Below are positions 47,201 to 56,048 of a stretch of DNA of 64,000 nt, in pieces (positions within the stretch are counted from its first letter, which is position 1; the number at the start of each line of letters is the position of its first letter). The stretch lies in IMG/VR virus record IMGVR_UViG_3300020477_000990, positions 124,001 through 188,000 of that record. One strand, given 5' to 3'. Made by a program: the position numbers and the translations under genes. A model generated the notes under the pieces. The model did not search any database, was not told where the DNA came from, and was given only the letters and a program-made list of their open reading frames with translations.

Positions 47201-50200
47201 AAAACACCAAGCACTTATTCAGGAACAGGAACAGTTAAGACAACAACAAATTATGTAAGTGAAACTGTTATTGATGCTTATACTAAAACAAATTTAACTT
47301 ATTACTATTATTGGGTTAAAGATAAAACTACAGTACCAAAATTAGATTCAAGAATAAATGATGTTGCTACGGTATCAAATACAATTCAATCTCCATTAAC
47401 ACAAGGGTTAAGTTATTTTGCACCAGTATCACCGAATTCATTTATGATATCAAATGTAGTTCATAATTTAACTAAAGACAATACTGTATTACAAATTAAT
47501 TATAGAGATCGTGCTGTAAAAGATAAAACAGATGGAGTACACGCACAATGGTTATTAATTAAAGAAAATTACAATGATGCACAAATTCCAAATCAAATTT
47601 GGAATAAAATGGTAGATAGTATTTGTGGTTATGATGCTACAGAAAAAACTGTACCAGATACAACATTGTCAATAAATGATCAATATGGAAATAAAGTTAG
47701 ACCAAGACAAACTTGGTTTAAAGATATTAAAAAAGCAAGAAAGGTATTATTCCAATCATTGAATAATATTACAACTAATATTAGTTTAGATGTTGAAAAT
47801 TCTAATTGGGATAGTACAGTTACAACATCAGTATATAATGAAAAAACAAATTGGTATTACAATACTACATTTAATGATGATACGATTATAGATGAAATTG
47901 TTGATTATAAAGCTGATATAGTTATTGCAAATTTAAATGAAGGTGATGTAGTTAAAGTAAATTATGATTATGCATCTAAATGGGCATTATACAAATATAC
48001 TGATGCAGATTATTTGGCTGGTACAACAACATCAATTGATACAGGTAATTTATCTTTAGTAAGAATTGGTTTACAAACAGCAACCACTAAACTTAAAACG
48101 ACAGTATATACTGAAGATAATTCTATAGCATTGGCTACAGAGTTAAGACAATATTTAACAGCATTAAGAAACAATGTGTTTATTAGTGATAAACTAGGAA
48201 AACAAAATGAAGTACTGTATTCATTAATAAGATATGTATCTAGTGAACAAAGTCATGTAGATTGGTTATTTAAAACAACATACATGAATGTAATTCAACA
48301 AGATACTACATTAACACAAAAAGCATCTTATGAAAAAGATCCGTTTAATGATATTAAATCATACGTTGAAGAAGTTAAACCATACAAAGCTAAAATTAGA
48401 GATTTCTTAAGTAAAAAATCTCCAGCAAGAGAAAATGCAAATATGGCAATGAGTGACTTTACATCTACGTCAGATTATGCAATTAATTCTAGTGGTAGTG
48501 GAACAACAAATCCTACTCCAAAATTTACAACTAAATTAGCATTTGATAGAATTAGTAAAAAAATAACAATACTATCTCCAACAACTAATAATATTGATGC
48601 ATGGATGGGAGTAACAGTTGCTACAATATCTGGAGCAACAAAATCAAACCCAGTTAGCATAACAGCTACCGGACATGGCTTTACAAGTGGAAGACAAGTA
48701 ACAATTGATGGTGTAAATGGAATGACTAACCTTAATACTAATACATATACTATTACAAGAGTTGATGATAATACATTTACTTTAAACTCTACTGATGGTA
48801 CAACCTATGGAGCATATACATCTGGTGGTACAGCAACGGCAGTTGGAGTATCATATACAGCAGGTAAAGAACTTAAACACAATGGTGGCTACTGGCAAGT
48901 TACAACAAATCATACTTCAGGAACATTTATATCTGATGTACAAACAGGTAAATTACAACATTATAATTTTAGTCCTGTAACTGCTCCAACAGATGTTGCA
49001 AGTATTAATCAAATTAAACAAGCAACACCAGAATCATCACACGTTGATAGATTAGCAAAATATCATTTTGCAAGTGAGTTAGCAAACGTTGATACTGCAA
49101 ATACATCTTCAGTAAGTTCGTTTGTAACGTCATTAGAAAATGCTATATCATCTTATACAGATTTAGATATACAACCAATTGGATTTGTTGTTAATAGAGA
49201 TAGAATAGGTCAAGAGTTAACTTCTTTTGCATGGGATAGTTTAAAATGGGATGCCACAGCATTAACTACAAATCCAACAATTGGATTTGCTGATGAGTCA
49301 ACTCAAAATTGGTATGATTCAAAATTTGTAAATGAAAACTTACAATGGAAAACAGGAACAGTATTTGCTAAAGATTCATTTGTAAAATATTCTGACTTAA
49401 CACACTTTACAGCTTGGACGGCATCAACAAGTTATACTGTTGGTGATATTGTTAAACATGAAAACAAAGTTTATGTTGCAAACGTAACACATAAAAATTT
49501 AACAGCAGAAACAACTATGCAAACATCACGTTGGGATGAAGTTGTAGATTTAATTTATTATACAAACGCAGAACATACTGCCGCGGCAACATTTAAAACA
49601 GATTATGATGCAGGCAAGTGGGTATTGGTACAAAAAGTTTTAGACTCTTCAGGATTTGCAAGACCAAACAACGATCCATATCCAGAAGAAGTATTACCAA
49701 TTACTCCTAGAGAAAGTTTATTCATAACTGTTAAAACTTATACAAATGTAACTGGTAGTGGTACTAATGCAGATCCATATGTTGGAGATGGAGACTTATC
49801 ACAATTCCAAATGCATTATAGACCATATGGAACAGTTACATATTTGAGACAAAAATTTGTTGACGATAGCGGAGGAAATTCAACTACAGATCATACAACA
49901 TTAAGTGACGCTTGTAGTGAATATTCAAATATCATTGTAGTATCTGATGCAAGTAAATTACCTACTCCTAAACAATCACAATTAAGTGCTGATGGAGTAT
50001 ATACTGCACAGCCAGGAATAATTTATATTGGTACTGAAAGAATAGAATATAATAAAATTAGCGGAAATAAACTTTTAGATGTAGTTCGTGGTACTAGAGG
50101 AACTACTATTGGAAGTTATAGTCCAGGAGCGGAAGTATATAGTGGAAATACACATATTCCAAGTGCAACTAGTGGATATTATAATGATACCGGTTATAGT

Positions 50201-50257
50201 GTACTTGATAGTGCAAATTCAAATAAATCTTCAGCAAAATACTTGCGAAATGAATAA
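38297..50257 (+). CDS. Giant 3986-aa baseplate/tail structural protein with modular inserts
   Basis: Follows gp25/gp6-like genes; N-terminal LPVVLQS...FNYQLEP; cupredoxin-like, Gly/Thr-rich ~40-aa repeats, FCCH-like and CBM5/12-like segments. Confidence 0.8.
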   Translation: MAEQFVASKQLPVVLQSTKLKNFFDSTVDQWFKNEDNEFTHGFVGRREGRIFEPKKDAYLGEPSVDRFNYQLEPSVVVRDNTTQGISYQTTYDDFVNKLRFDGGQILNHKKLFEEDYYSFAPPIDIDKFLNYANYYWYPTKDDLSTETSGVFPSLPAIVVDGSGATPIDPATDIIGKQTYTAPDATVFTNGLQIKFGQSVTNDAYKFRHTITAINLNGGGSQYAVNDKIIVSTVTIGHVTSINAGGTITGVELTNPVLGDGVTPTAVTITTASGNGALLTVTTSQTDITYIIEGVGTEIKLIDIKDLRNLNGLTTSSKDYLTMQRGCKDGNIWSKTNGWVHKNTLDNYPSVTTTTEEQHLWDTEGWAGLQTWDSITVSSTTAFTKTTGRRATRPIIEFNSNMELYDYGKNHILDVTVIEDTLTKTQIESYANITIDGRQIQNRDTILFPSAASQDDYVAWDGNLWDHDTDSDISTGGGGQTGGDLGWDVSSSAFTIEGSIWQVSGVGTALTLTQVITSVNENDKVYIDKGTKYGSTEWYYDGYNWNQAQLKSKVNIAPLFNLFDNNKVILNDTGIYPSSTFTGSKVFGYKVGSGTNDAELGFPLSYVSGSGQSDIEFCNYLNVDSYTYNTSTAISGYKFYKQFLYPETIAKTTNYEVNINPSQRNTANNVFYINGEESPILILQRGDTYNFKFSSPESGSTGYTGVNHPFYISTGTPWSSGTYTGEYTTGVTGSRAYYGGAYSTLEFIVPSNAPDTLYYHSATSNNPVKLVIVDNPITKINEATETFYRNEWNKNLGSKKLKQRLVQEHTVSNTNLTTKPTLEVIPTSIIDMEVYKNGIRQKFGTDYTTTASVIINFTTALVENDFIKIYYETNDNTPIRQVNYFEIPKNLESNASNEEVVSGTYSEFFQHFESIVQNQIGFTGDVSGANNYRDTEKDLGKGKVILQHDGSLMKVMAFANNDDLDIISSIRYVKNRYQEFQLKFLNAVNKIQVSQDASLLTTSQIVDKAIKNITIDKIATDPFTYSFMMASGDRYTSESHTITTTNYTWGNTNTFLQSSDTQEVFNQEPGLTIASAYDPKNDYDSKALYVYKNNVLMTYNHDYIVSYSSSGTKIIFIGYAANKPKVNDVISIRYYTTIQPTWIPPTPAKLGAAKVYQPVEISDTITYSSGTRNFIQCHDGSFVLKYNDLRDTALLELEKRIYNTINRRFTSRDYVPLLEINQKQPNYFNSTSWSRNDIINLMRPIFTRWASENALNYHENTGYNNVLTLTGVSGTFKVGESVSGASSKAKGVITKIASNVITINQVIDSFQLNEKITGATSGAEGTTDPNGGITIDWKVMNYSSLKDPNGNSLPGHWRGMYRWFYGTDRPHTHPWEMLGFAQKPIWWDNYYSWTASSTRAKLISDVEQGIIRSGLRENYTDKSYLNANNVYKKPNFASYVPVDNTGKLLSPKEIGIISDNPTEYNSQLDWKFGDGAPVENAFVVSPVYQYAIQKILYLTAPGLYVDLLWNSNDILKSSADATQIIDSVSGKRPNNKNYYVHREVDANSITYNRAGVQNFLVEYLNYVGKSVTDSFGNVIRNLQTNLSYRCAGFIDSSTLKIESQAYDSVSNSTSIVIPTEDINISLHTGGSIDEVSYSGFIVQVVEQGYKIFGYDIVHPYFNVLRPMISGRSKKLRIGGKEVSPVSYKPGTTYHTDEIVKHEDKYYQSITTQVTLTTDTNPDLQKWKVLKVLPTVGGTEVDHYYDFDESNVYQIDYGTVYKTRQQVYDAIVGYGKYLELVGWDFSEFNVDIGENKNWDYSAKEFLFWSLGKWEKGNYVTLSPSADKLKFIPASGVVQSIKDINNGVYSALNKEGFGLDSKQLDVIRDDDMVTISQKDGIGIYGLRLSVKETEHMITLENKTIFNDTIYNTILAQRQPRVKINTTRTLGWHGKLEADGYIISGTSLLNNFEKSVTDSGKYYDIESSLVATNFRDSAMHLIGYQERNYLTNLQISKTNQVKFYQGMIKQKGTQNSIDRLLRSTTVSTDQTFDTYEEWAFKVGEFGSTAFDQKIELRLRANEVVSDPQTFEFLLPSDASTTSGYDSPTDDVITIDIDDTVRWLKKPKGEKTLANLWPVVSTVNTVVPTSGYVHYDDPTYRALNSNALANVYSSETSNIAIGSTTWVAKDDVAGRDWNAYKLYDTGDTIDNVVSNGDANTAMKVTVSGTGSSIGVAKDLIIHKTYDGDGTLVMDPTSWGTHKITLSTATPTAPTITIPFSDVAGSGAEMAVGNINGTVSTVTVTAGGDGFAVGDVISFSGSNGAGGQMTVNKVAGGAGATASAVIADTFPITSIQVLEQGTGYSSATVNISGGGGSGATATATIAGGKITAITLTGAGSGYTYQPTITITGDGDDATAFATLGSKADGQITSITVSGGGTGYTATPTVKITDASGTGATATAVMSAGAVASVTITNSGSGYTAPTISFTGPLSGATTGSELTLNNGGDNYAEAPTAYSVVDSSGTTKTSGVHYTPATFTYTGDGASGVFGEIKDITITAGGSNYQSPSIKIINASGTTVHTLTTPTNITLTSGSITAVTVPTGAWNKGFSAGVISTATGKITVTDTKANHTVNLSPSLAKVHALTSLTANVTTAFDGTPSVTLEKSEDNGASWSALSTAAVDLTTVASANVNVTGTITDNANAIVRASISVSTGTTGNVSLSLNYTKKEYAITKNGNAEYISTADNTTINSSGIKLLDWKDVRLNNALATDKAHVVTSTATTLTNFLTGTGLSNSVWTEGALVWLDDDFTGKWGVYRYTANATIVSSYNNIRGSEPASFSAAGGTWILHSGVDYSNTSQTTTSYFAKTKRRQKDRIDTKQFNKTVMYDDRSHQVDLSMNIFDPLKGILPASADREISYKSELDPAIYNNHSDTTLISTSNPWKDDYVGKVWWDQSTARFIEYESHDNDYRRTHWGRLFDGASIDVYEWVKSTKTPSTYSGTGTVKTTTNYVSETVIDAYTKTNLTYYYYWVKDKTTVPKLDSRINDVATVSNTIQSPLTQGLSYFAPVSPNSFMISNVVHNLTKDNTVLQINYRDRAVKDKTDGVHAQWLLIKENYNDAQIPNQIWNKMVDSICGYDATEKTVPDTTLSINDQYGNKVRPRQTWFKDIKKARKVLFQSLNNITTNISLDVENSNWDSTVTTSVYNEKTNWYYNTTFNDDTIIDEIVDYKADIVIANLNEGDVVKVNYDYASKWALYKYTDADYLAGTTTSIDTGNLSLVRIGLQTATTKLKTTVYTEDNSIALATELRQYLTALRNNVFISDKLGKQNEVLYSLIRYVSSEQSHVDWLFKTTYMNVIQQDTTLTQKASYEKDPFNDIKSYVEEVKPYKAKIRDFLSKKSPARENANMAMSDFTSTSDYAINSSGSGTTNPTPKFTTKLAFDRISKKITILSPTTNNIDAWMGVTVATISGATKSNPVSITATGHGFTSGRQVTIDGVNGMTNLNTNTYTITRVDDNTFTLNSTDGTTYGAYTSGGTATAVGVSYTAGKELKHNGGYWQVTTNHTSGTFISDVQTGKLQHYNFSPVTAPTDVASINQIKQATPESSHVDRLAKYHFASELANVDTANTSSVSSFVTSLENAISSYTDLDIQPIGFVVNRDRIGQELTSFAWDSLKWDATALTTNPTIGFADESTQNWYDSKFVNENLQWKTGTVFAKDSFVKYSDLTHFTAWTASTSYTVGDIVKHENKVYVANVTHKNLTAETTMQTSRWDEVVDLIYYTNAEHTAAATFKTDYDAGKWVLVQKVLDSSGFARPNNDPYPEEVLPITPRESLFITVKTYTNVTGSGTNADPYVGDGDLSQFQMHYRPYGTVTYLRQKFVDDSGGNSTTDHTTLSDACSEYSNIIVVSDASKLPTPKQSQLSADGVYTAQPGIIYIGTERIEYNKISGNKLLDVVRGTRGTTIGSYSPGAEVYSGNTHIPSATSGYYNDTGYSVLDSANSNKSSAKYLRNE

Positions 50258-50297
50258 ACAGAGTATATTATAATAAGTATAAATATATACAGTTAAT

Positions 50298-50945
50298 ATG
50301 GAAAAGAATATGGAAAACGATACAAACAAAGAACAGCAAGAAACTATGCCAAATGAAGGTGCAAAAGTTAAAATGCAAGGTCATTTGCTTATTCGTGATG
50401 CTGAAACAGGTGAAGAGCTAGTTAATAAAAGAAATGCTATTCACTTTGGTAATATGGCGTTTGTAATTGCAAACGCAATGTCGTATTGGAAAACAGCTGA
50501 TAACGGCATATATCATATGGCATTTGGTAATGGTGGGTCAGACGTACTTAATACTGGTGAAATAAAATATAAAGCTACAAATACAGCTAATATTAAAGAT
50601 GATTCAGCGGCATTATACAATAGAACATATTATAAAATTATTGGTAAAGATCCAAATACAGATACTAAAAATAATGTAAGTATTGTAACTAGTTCTAGTT
50701 CATATACAGATTTAAAAATTACTTGTACATTAGATTTTGGAGAACCAGCAAGTCAAACAACTTCAGATACTGCTACTTCTGATTCAGCAACAGATTATAT
50801 ATTTGATGAATTAGGGTTATATGCTTATAATGTTAGTGGTATTGGTAGTGAATATTTGTTAACTCATGTTATATTCCATCCAGTACAAAAAAGTTTAAAT
50901 AGAGTAATTGAGATAGTATATACTATCAGGGTACAGCTACAATAA
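50298..50945 (+). CDS. Baseplate/tail-associated structural protein
   Basis: GHLLIRDAETGEELVNKRNAIH...FDELGL...THVIFHPVQKSLNR; position in tail module. Confidence 0.65.
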   Translation: MEKNMENDTNKEQQETMPNEGAKVKMQGHLLIRDAETGEELVNKRNAIHFGNMAFVIANAMSYWKTADNGIYHMAFGNGGSDVLNTGEIKYKATNTANIKDDSAALYNRTYYKIIGKDPNTDTKNNVSIVTSSSSYTDLKITCTLDFGEPASQTTSDTATSDSATDYIFDELGLYAYNVSGIGSEYLLTHVIFHPVQKSLNRVIEIVYTIRVQLQ

Positions 50946-51053
50946 TCTAAGTATATAGTTATATTATTGTGGTGTTTAATATAAATAACTTATATAAAGT
51001 TGGTATTTTATATACTACTTTAATAAAGATTGAAACGCAGGAGAAATTAAATT

Positions 51054-52391
51054 ATGCCATATACAGTAAGCAACACTAGAGGAAGTACAGTTGCAACAGT
51101 ACAAGACGGTACTACCGTAGCAGTAGGTGGTGTTACACTAATTGGTAAAAACTTCACAGGATATGGTGATATTATTGCCGAGGATTTTGTAAAATTATTA
51201 GAAAATAATGCAAACACAACTGCACCAGCAGATCCACAAGAAGGACAACTTTGGTGGGATACAACTAATCAATCTTTAAAAACAAGACTTTCAGGAACCA
51301 ACGGCTGGCTTCCATTAACAGTACACGTAGGAGCAACATATCCACACGCGGCAACAAAAGGCTCTTTATGGTACAATACAGATACAAAACAACTTAATGT
51401 TAATACAGATGGTTCAGCAACAGGTTACAAACAATTTTCAACAGCATCTGATAAATCATTTTCACAAGTTTTAACACTAGCGGCAACACACGTAGATGAT
51501 GCCGCGGCAAATAATAACGGTTATGTTGTATCAGATAATATTGAAGTAATAGCAGAAGTTGTTCAAGCTAAAAACGGTGACATTGAAGTAACAAGAGTTG
51601 TTTCTCCTTGTCATTTTAGATTTGCAGATCCAGGAAGTGGTGCAAACGTAAAAATAGAAAAAGCAATTTTTGATGGATACACAGCGGCTATTACAGTAAG
51701 TTCATCAACATCAACGCAAACAGGTACATTAATTCACGGAGTTAATACTTGGGACAGTTTACAATCAGAAGGTGTGTCAGCAGACGGACTTGTAATTGGT
51801 GGTACAACTTATGCGGCAACAGATTTTTTAAGATTATCAAAAAACACAGGACAACACGAAATTAATACTAAAATAGTTCCACCTTCACATGGTACACCAG
51901 GTCAAGCGGCAACAACACAACAAGGTACAGCTACTATTGATTTAGGTGGCGATGGAAGATTTTTTAGAAACGTTTATGCAATGTCAATGATTGCACAATA
52001 CGGTGATATAGCGGAACGTTATGAAGCTGACGATGAATATGATTTCGGAACAGTTGTTTCACTAGCAGGTGAAAAAGAAGTTACACAAACAACAGAATTT
52101 AAAGATACAAAAGTATTTGGTGTTGTATCACAAAAACCAGGTCTAAAGTTAAATGCTTTAGCTGGAGATGATGCAACCCATCCATATATTGCTTACCAAG
52201 GTCGAGTGCTAACGAAAGTTATTGGCCCAGTAAGTAAAGGTGATCGTATTGTTTCTAGTTCGACGCCAGGCGTAGCACAACTAGTAGAAGACGAGAACAA
52301 TGTTGATTACCGTGCGGTTATTGGCCGCAGTCTTGTCGACAAGACTTCGGAAGAAGTCGAAATAATTCCAATTGCAATAGGAGTAAAATAA
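51054..52391 (+). CDS. Tail fibre-like protein with C-terminal peptidase_G2/chaperone-like domain
   Basis: N-terminal LIGKNFTGYG...EGQLWWD; C-terminal YGDIAERY...GTVV...FGVVS..PG...QGRV..KV.GPV.KGD. Confidence 0.75.
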   Translation: MPYTVSNTRGSTVATVQDGTTVAVGGVTLIGKNFTGYGDIIAEDFVKLLENNANTTAPADPQEGQLWWDTTNQSLKTRLSGTNGWLPLTVHVGATYPHAATKGSLWYNTDTKQLNVNTDGSATGYKQFSTASDKSFSQVLTLAATHVDDAAANNNGYVVSDNIEVIAEVVQAKNGDIEVTRVVSPCHFRFADPGSGANVKIEKAIFDGYTAAITVSSSTSTQTGTLIHGVNTWDSLQSEGVSADGLVIGGTTYAATDFLRLSKNTGQHEINTKIVPPSHGTPGQAATTQQGTATIDLGGDGRFFRNVYAMSMIAQYGDIAERYEADDEYDFGTVVSLAGEKEVTQTTEFKDTKVFGVVSQKPGLKLNALAGDDATHPYIAYQGRVLTKVIGPVSKGDRIVSSSTPGVAQLVEDENNVDYRAVIGRSLVDKTSEEVEIIPIAIGVK

Positions 52392-52392
52392 G

Positions 52393-53325
52393 ATGGCTTA
52401 CCAACAAGGTGATACAATTACAGCGGCAGATTATAATACATTTGCCACTAATATTAACACGATTATTGGTACTGGCTCAACAGATAGTGGTTATGGACTT
52501 TCAGAGATCGCGGCGGTTTCTGCAGGTAACACAATAACAGCGGCTCAATGGAACAGCTTGTTATCAGGCTTACAAAAAGGCGCAAACCACCAAGGTACTA
52601 CATTGACGAATGCGTCAAATACTGTAGCACAGGGAGGTAACATCTTGCCATTATCTAACCTAGAGGCAGATATCACATTAATTACAACTAATAAATTAAC
52701 AGCGGCAGGTGCCAATATGGCGGCTGACACAGGTATTACAAGCACAAAAACAGCGGCTTGGACAGGAACAGAAAATCACATTTTCACAGTTACGTTTGCA
52801 TCAGCAAACGCGGCTAGACACTTTTTTAATTCAGGTGGTGAAATTAGATTAGCTGGTTCACGTGCAGGTGGTTCTTCAACTGATCAAAATACTGATTGGA
52901 CAAACTTATTATCTAATATGGGTACAGTTAAGTTTGCCGAAGGTGCAACAACATATACTGGTTCAGGCGGAACAGCGGCATCAGTTGGTTTTGACGATTT
53001 AACAACTTCAAATCAACAAATCTTTACGGCAACAGGTGCAGGTAACTATTCAAGCAACGATTATACAGCATACGCAAAAGCAGATGCGGCATATGGTTCA
53101 GCAACAGTAATTACTTTTACACTTGACTTTAAAGATGATCACGCGGCACAAACAGGAACTTACACAGGTGGCGGTTTAGGTACTGCTCCAAATGAAGGAA
53201 ATGCTTGGTCTGGCGCTGATGAAGTTGACGGAACGTTAACTAGCACAATTACTACATTTAGAGCGGATAACGCCTCTTATGTACAAGTTGCTAACCCAAC
53301 TTTCGCTACTACTGACGCACTATAA
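52393..53325 (+). CDS. Tail structural protein
   Basis: MAYQQGDTITAADYN...ITAAQWN...RHFFNSGGEIR; T/S/G/A-rich. Confidence 0.65.
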   Translation: MAYQQGDTITAADYNTFATNINTIIGTGSTDSGYGLSEIAAVSAGNTITAAQWNSLLSGLQKGANHQGTTLTNASNTVAQGGNILPLSNLEADITLITTNKLTAAGANMAADTGITSTKTAAWTGTENHIFTVTFASANAARHFFNSGGEIRLAGSRAGGSSTDQNTDWTNLLSNMGTVKFAEGATTYTGSGGTAASVGFDDLTTSNQQIFTATGAGNYSSNDYTAYAKADAAYGSATVITFTLDFKDDHAAQTGTYTGGGLGTAPNEGNAWSGADEVDGTLTSTITTFRADNASYVQVANPTFATTDAL

Positions 53326-53344
53326 TATTATAGTTAAAAAGTAT

Positions 53345-53393
53345 TTGACTTTTAAGCCTCCGTTATGTATAATAATATATACATAAACGGAGG
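53345..53393 (+). promoter_or_regulatory. sigma70 promoter embedded in an RBS-sequestering inverted repeat
   Basis: TTGACT-17-TATAAT; arms CCTCCGTTATGTATA (53357-53371) and TATACATAAACGGAGG (53378-53393). Confidence 0.75.
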
Positions 53394-53399
53394 TTTTTT

Positions 53400-53750
53400 A
53401 TGAGTGATGATCGCTTACACAAAGCACTTGAATTTGCCAATTATAGGCAGACATTCTTTAATCAAAAGCAAATCCTGAAAAATAAAAGTCAGGCATTGTT
53501 ATCATATTCTATAGAAGGTGGAACTTTTAAAGTTACACAGGAACTAATAGCATTTGTTGGAACATTTGTTCAACAAGGATATGAGGAAATAGTATTGCTA
53601 GATGTTAATGAAAATCCTATTAAGATTAATGACTTAAAGTCTTTCTTAACAGAAATTACATCGCGTTATTTTGAGGTAACAAATGATTACCACAAACAAT
53701 ATAGCGAAATGCAAACTAAAAGAAGAACTGCAAAATTGGTAGAGGCATGA
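53400..53750 (+). CDS. Hypothetical protein (possible tail assembly chaperone)
   Basis: SD GGAGG; first gene of the GT operon. Confidence 0.7.
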   Translation: MSDDRLHKALEFANYRQTFFNQKQILKNKSQALLSYSIEGGTFKVTQELIAFVGTFVQQGYEEIVLLDVNENPIKINDLKSFLTEITSRYFEVTNDYHKQYSEMQTKRRTAKLVEA

Positions 53751-54628
53751 GTCAAGGAATAGTATTTTTCGCACATAACAATACAGAAATTGATTATGGT
53801 AGCATAGCATTAGCCAATGCTCTAATGATTAAACATCATATGGGCATTGATGCTATTACTATGGTTACTGACGAAGGAACTATGAGACATTTAAAAGAGC
53901 AATATGATCAAAAGTTAATTGATAATGCATTTGAAAATATTAAAATCCAACAAAGACGTAGAGTAGAAAATAATAAACGTTATAGAGATACAAGACATAC
54001 AGTTAACTTATTACAATTTTATAATATTAATAGGTCAACTGTTTTTACACAATCACCATATGATGAAACTTTAGTTATTGATGTTGATTATTTAATTTGT
54101 AATGATACATTAAATCAGGTTTGGAAACATAAAGAAGATTTAATGATTAATGCAAAAAGTTTTGATTTATTAACTGGAAGACATCTTAAAGAGTTTGATC
54201 GTGTAGATGATTTTGGAATTGATTTTTATTGGGCTACTGTATTTTTCTTTAGAAAAAATACTAAAACAGAATTGTTTTTTAATTTATTAGAATCTATAAA
54301 AGAAAACTATCCTTACTTTAAAACTTTATATGGTATTAATACATATAACTTTAGAAATGATCATGCGTTTAGTATTGCTGTTCATATGTTTAATGGTTTT
54401 GCAAAAAGTCGATTAGTGAAAAACCTCCCAGTCGACTTTTTACAACACACATTAGATTATGATGAATTATATAATGTTAATGATAAAGGATCATTGTCAT
54501 TTCTATTAGAGAAAACAAGTGAACCAGGAAAGTTTATTCCAGCACGTACTGATGGAGTCAATGTTCATGTTATGAACAAATATTCTTTAGTAAGACAAAG
54601 TAAAAAGATAGTGGAGATGTATAGATGA
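53747..54628 (+). CDS. GT-A fold nucleotide-diphospho-sugar transferase-like protein
   Basis: GIVFFAHN...DYGSIA; SPYDETLVIDVDY (DxD); FRND. Confidence 0.7.
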   Translation: MSQGIVFFAHNNTEIDYGSIALANALMIKHHMGIDAITMVTDEGTMRHLKEQYDQKLIDNAFENIKIQQRRRVENNKRYRDTRHTVNLLQFYNINRSTVFTQSPYDETLVIDVDYLICNDTLNQVWKHKEDLMINAKSFDLLTGRHLKEFDRVDDFGIDFYWATVFFFRKNTKTELFFNLLESIKENYPYFKTLYGINTYNFRNDHAFSIAVHMFNGFAKSRLVKNLPVDFLQHTLDYDELYNVNDKGSLSFLLEKTSEPGKFIPARTDGVNVHVMNKYSLVRQSKKIVEMYR

Positions 54629-55176
54629 AAATTTTATTAACTGATATTGATGGAGTAATATTAAATTGGTCTGATCATTTTCAAAAATATTTAAAACAAT
54701 ATTATCCAGATGTAGCTTTATGGGATCCAACAGTTTTTGCTCAATCAGATAAAACTGCTGATATTATTAAGCATTATAATTATACTGCTTGGATAGGTTA
54801 TTTGCCACCATTAAGAGATGCACAAGATATATTACCAAAGTTTAAACAAGATGGTTGGGAAATTATTGCTTGTACATCTATGGGATCTGATCAATATGCA
54901 AACGCATTACGTAAAATGAATATTGAAAGTTTATTTCCAAATGTTTTTTCTAGAATTGATATTATTCCTTTTATGGAACCAAAAAATAAATGGTTAACAC
55001 AATATAGAGATAGTGGTGCTATTTGGGTAGAAGATAAATGGACAAACGCAGTAGCAGGTGCTAATATTGGGCTTAAGACATACTTAATGAAGCATGAATA
55101 CAATGCACAATATAGTGCAAACAATATTGAAAAAGTTGATAATTGGATACAAATTTATAATAAGGTAAACAAATGA
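54625..55176 (+). CDS. HAD-superfamily phosphatase / 5'-nucleotidase-like
   Basis: LTDIDGV (motif I), ACTS, WVEDK..N. Confidence 0.8.
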   Translation: MKILLTDIDGVILNWSDHFQKYLKQYYPDVALWDPTVFAQSDKTADIIKHYNYTAWIGYLPPLRDAQDILPKFKQDGWEIIACTSMGSDQYANALRKMNIESLFPNVFSRIDIIPFMEPKNKWLTQYRDSGAIWVEDKWTNAVAGANIGLKTYLMKHEYNAQYSANNIEKVDNWIQIYNKVNK

Positions 55177-56048
55177 AACAAGGTTATTTGGTAATAGCAC
55201 AGAATTCAAAAGATGCAGAAGGTAAGCCTATTAATTATGTACGTATGGCTTATGCATTAGCATTAAGCATTAAACATACACAATCACAAATTAAAAATAT
55301 TTCTATTGCTGTTATTAACAAAAATGATGTACCTGAACATTATAGATATGTATTTGATGAAGTTATTGAATTACCTTTTCAAGATGATGCTGAAATGGTT
55401 GATTGGAAAATTAATAATAAATGGAAATATTTTCATTGTACACCATATGAGCAAACAGTAATATTAGATACTGATATGTTGTTTATGACTGATGTAAGCC
55501 ACTGGTGGGAATATTTTACACATTGGGATATGATGGCAACAACTAACGTTCAAACCTATCGTGGAGAAACAATAATTGATAATCAATATAGAAAAACTTT
55601 TGGACCTAATTTGTTACCAAATGTTTATACTGCATTTTTTTATTTTAATAAAAAATCTGATATGGTGAATGAATACTTTAGTGTAGTTGAAGATATATTT
55701 AGAAAATGGGAATACTATAGAGATACAGCACTTGTATTACCAAAACAAGAATTTTTAAGTGCAGATGTTGTATATGCAATGGCTATGAAAATGTTAGATA
55801 TAGTTGAGTTTGCAACCAATCCTGTTGTTACTTGTCCAACATTTGTGCATATGAAAGCAAGATTACAAAATTGGAAATCTGGATCAACAGAAGATTGGAC
55901 TAAACATATAGGAGCATATTTTACACCAGATTGCAGATTAAAGATTGGAAATTATCAACAAACATTACCGGTTCATTATGTTGCAAAAGATTTTCTTACA
56001 AATGAGATTATTAAAAATTATGAGGAGCAAGTAAATGTCAGAGTTTAG
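55173..56048 (+). CDS. GT-A fold glycosyltransferase-like protein, paralog of 53747
   Basis: GYLVIAQN...NYVRMA; TPYEQTVILDTDM (DxD). Confidence 0.7.
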   Translation: MKQGYLVIAQNSKDAEGKPINYVRMAYALALSIKHTQSQIKNISIAVINKNDVPEHYRYVFDEVIELPFQDDAEMVDWKINNKWKYFHCTPYEQTVILDTDMLFMTDVSHWWEYFTHWDMMATTNVQTYRGETIIDNQYRKTFGPNLLPNVYTAFFYFNKKSDMVNEYFSVVEDIFRKWEYYRDTALVLPKQEFLSADVVYAMAMKMLDIVEFATNPVVTCPTFVHMKARLQNWKSGSTEDWTKHIGAYFTPDCRLKIGNYQQTLPVHYVAKDFLTNEIIKNYEEQVNVRV

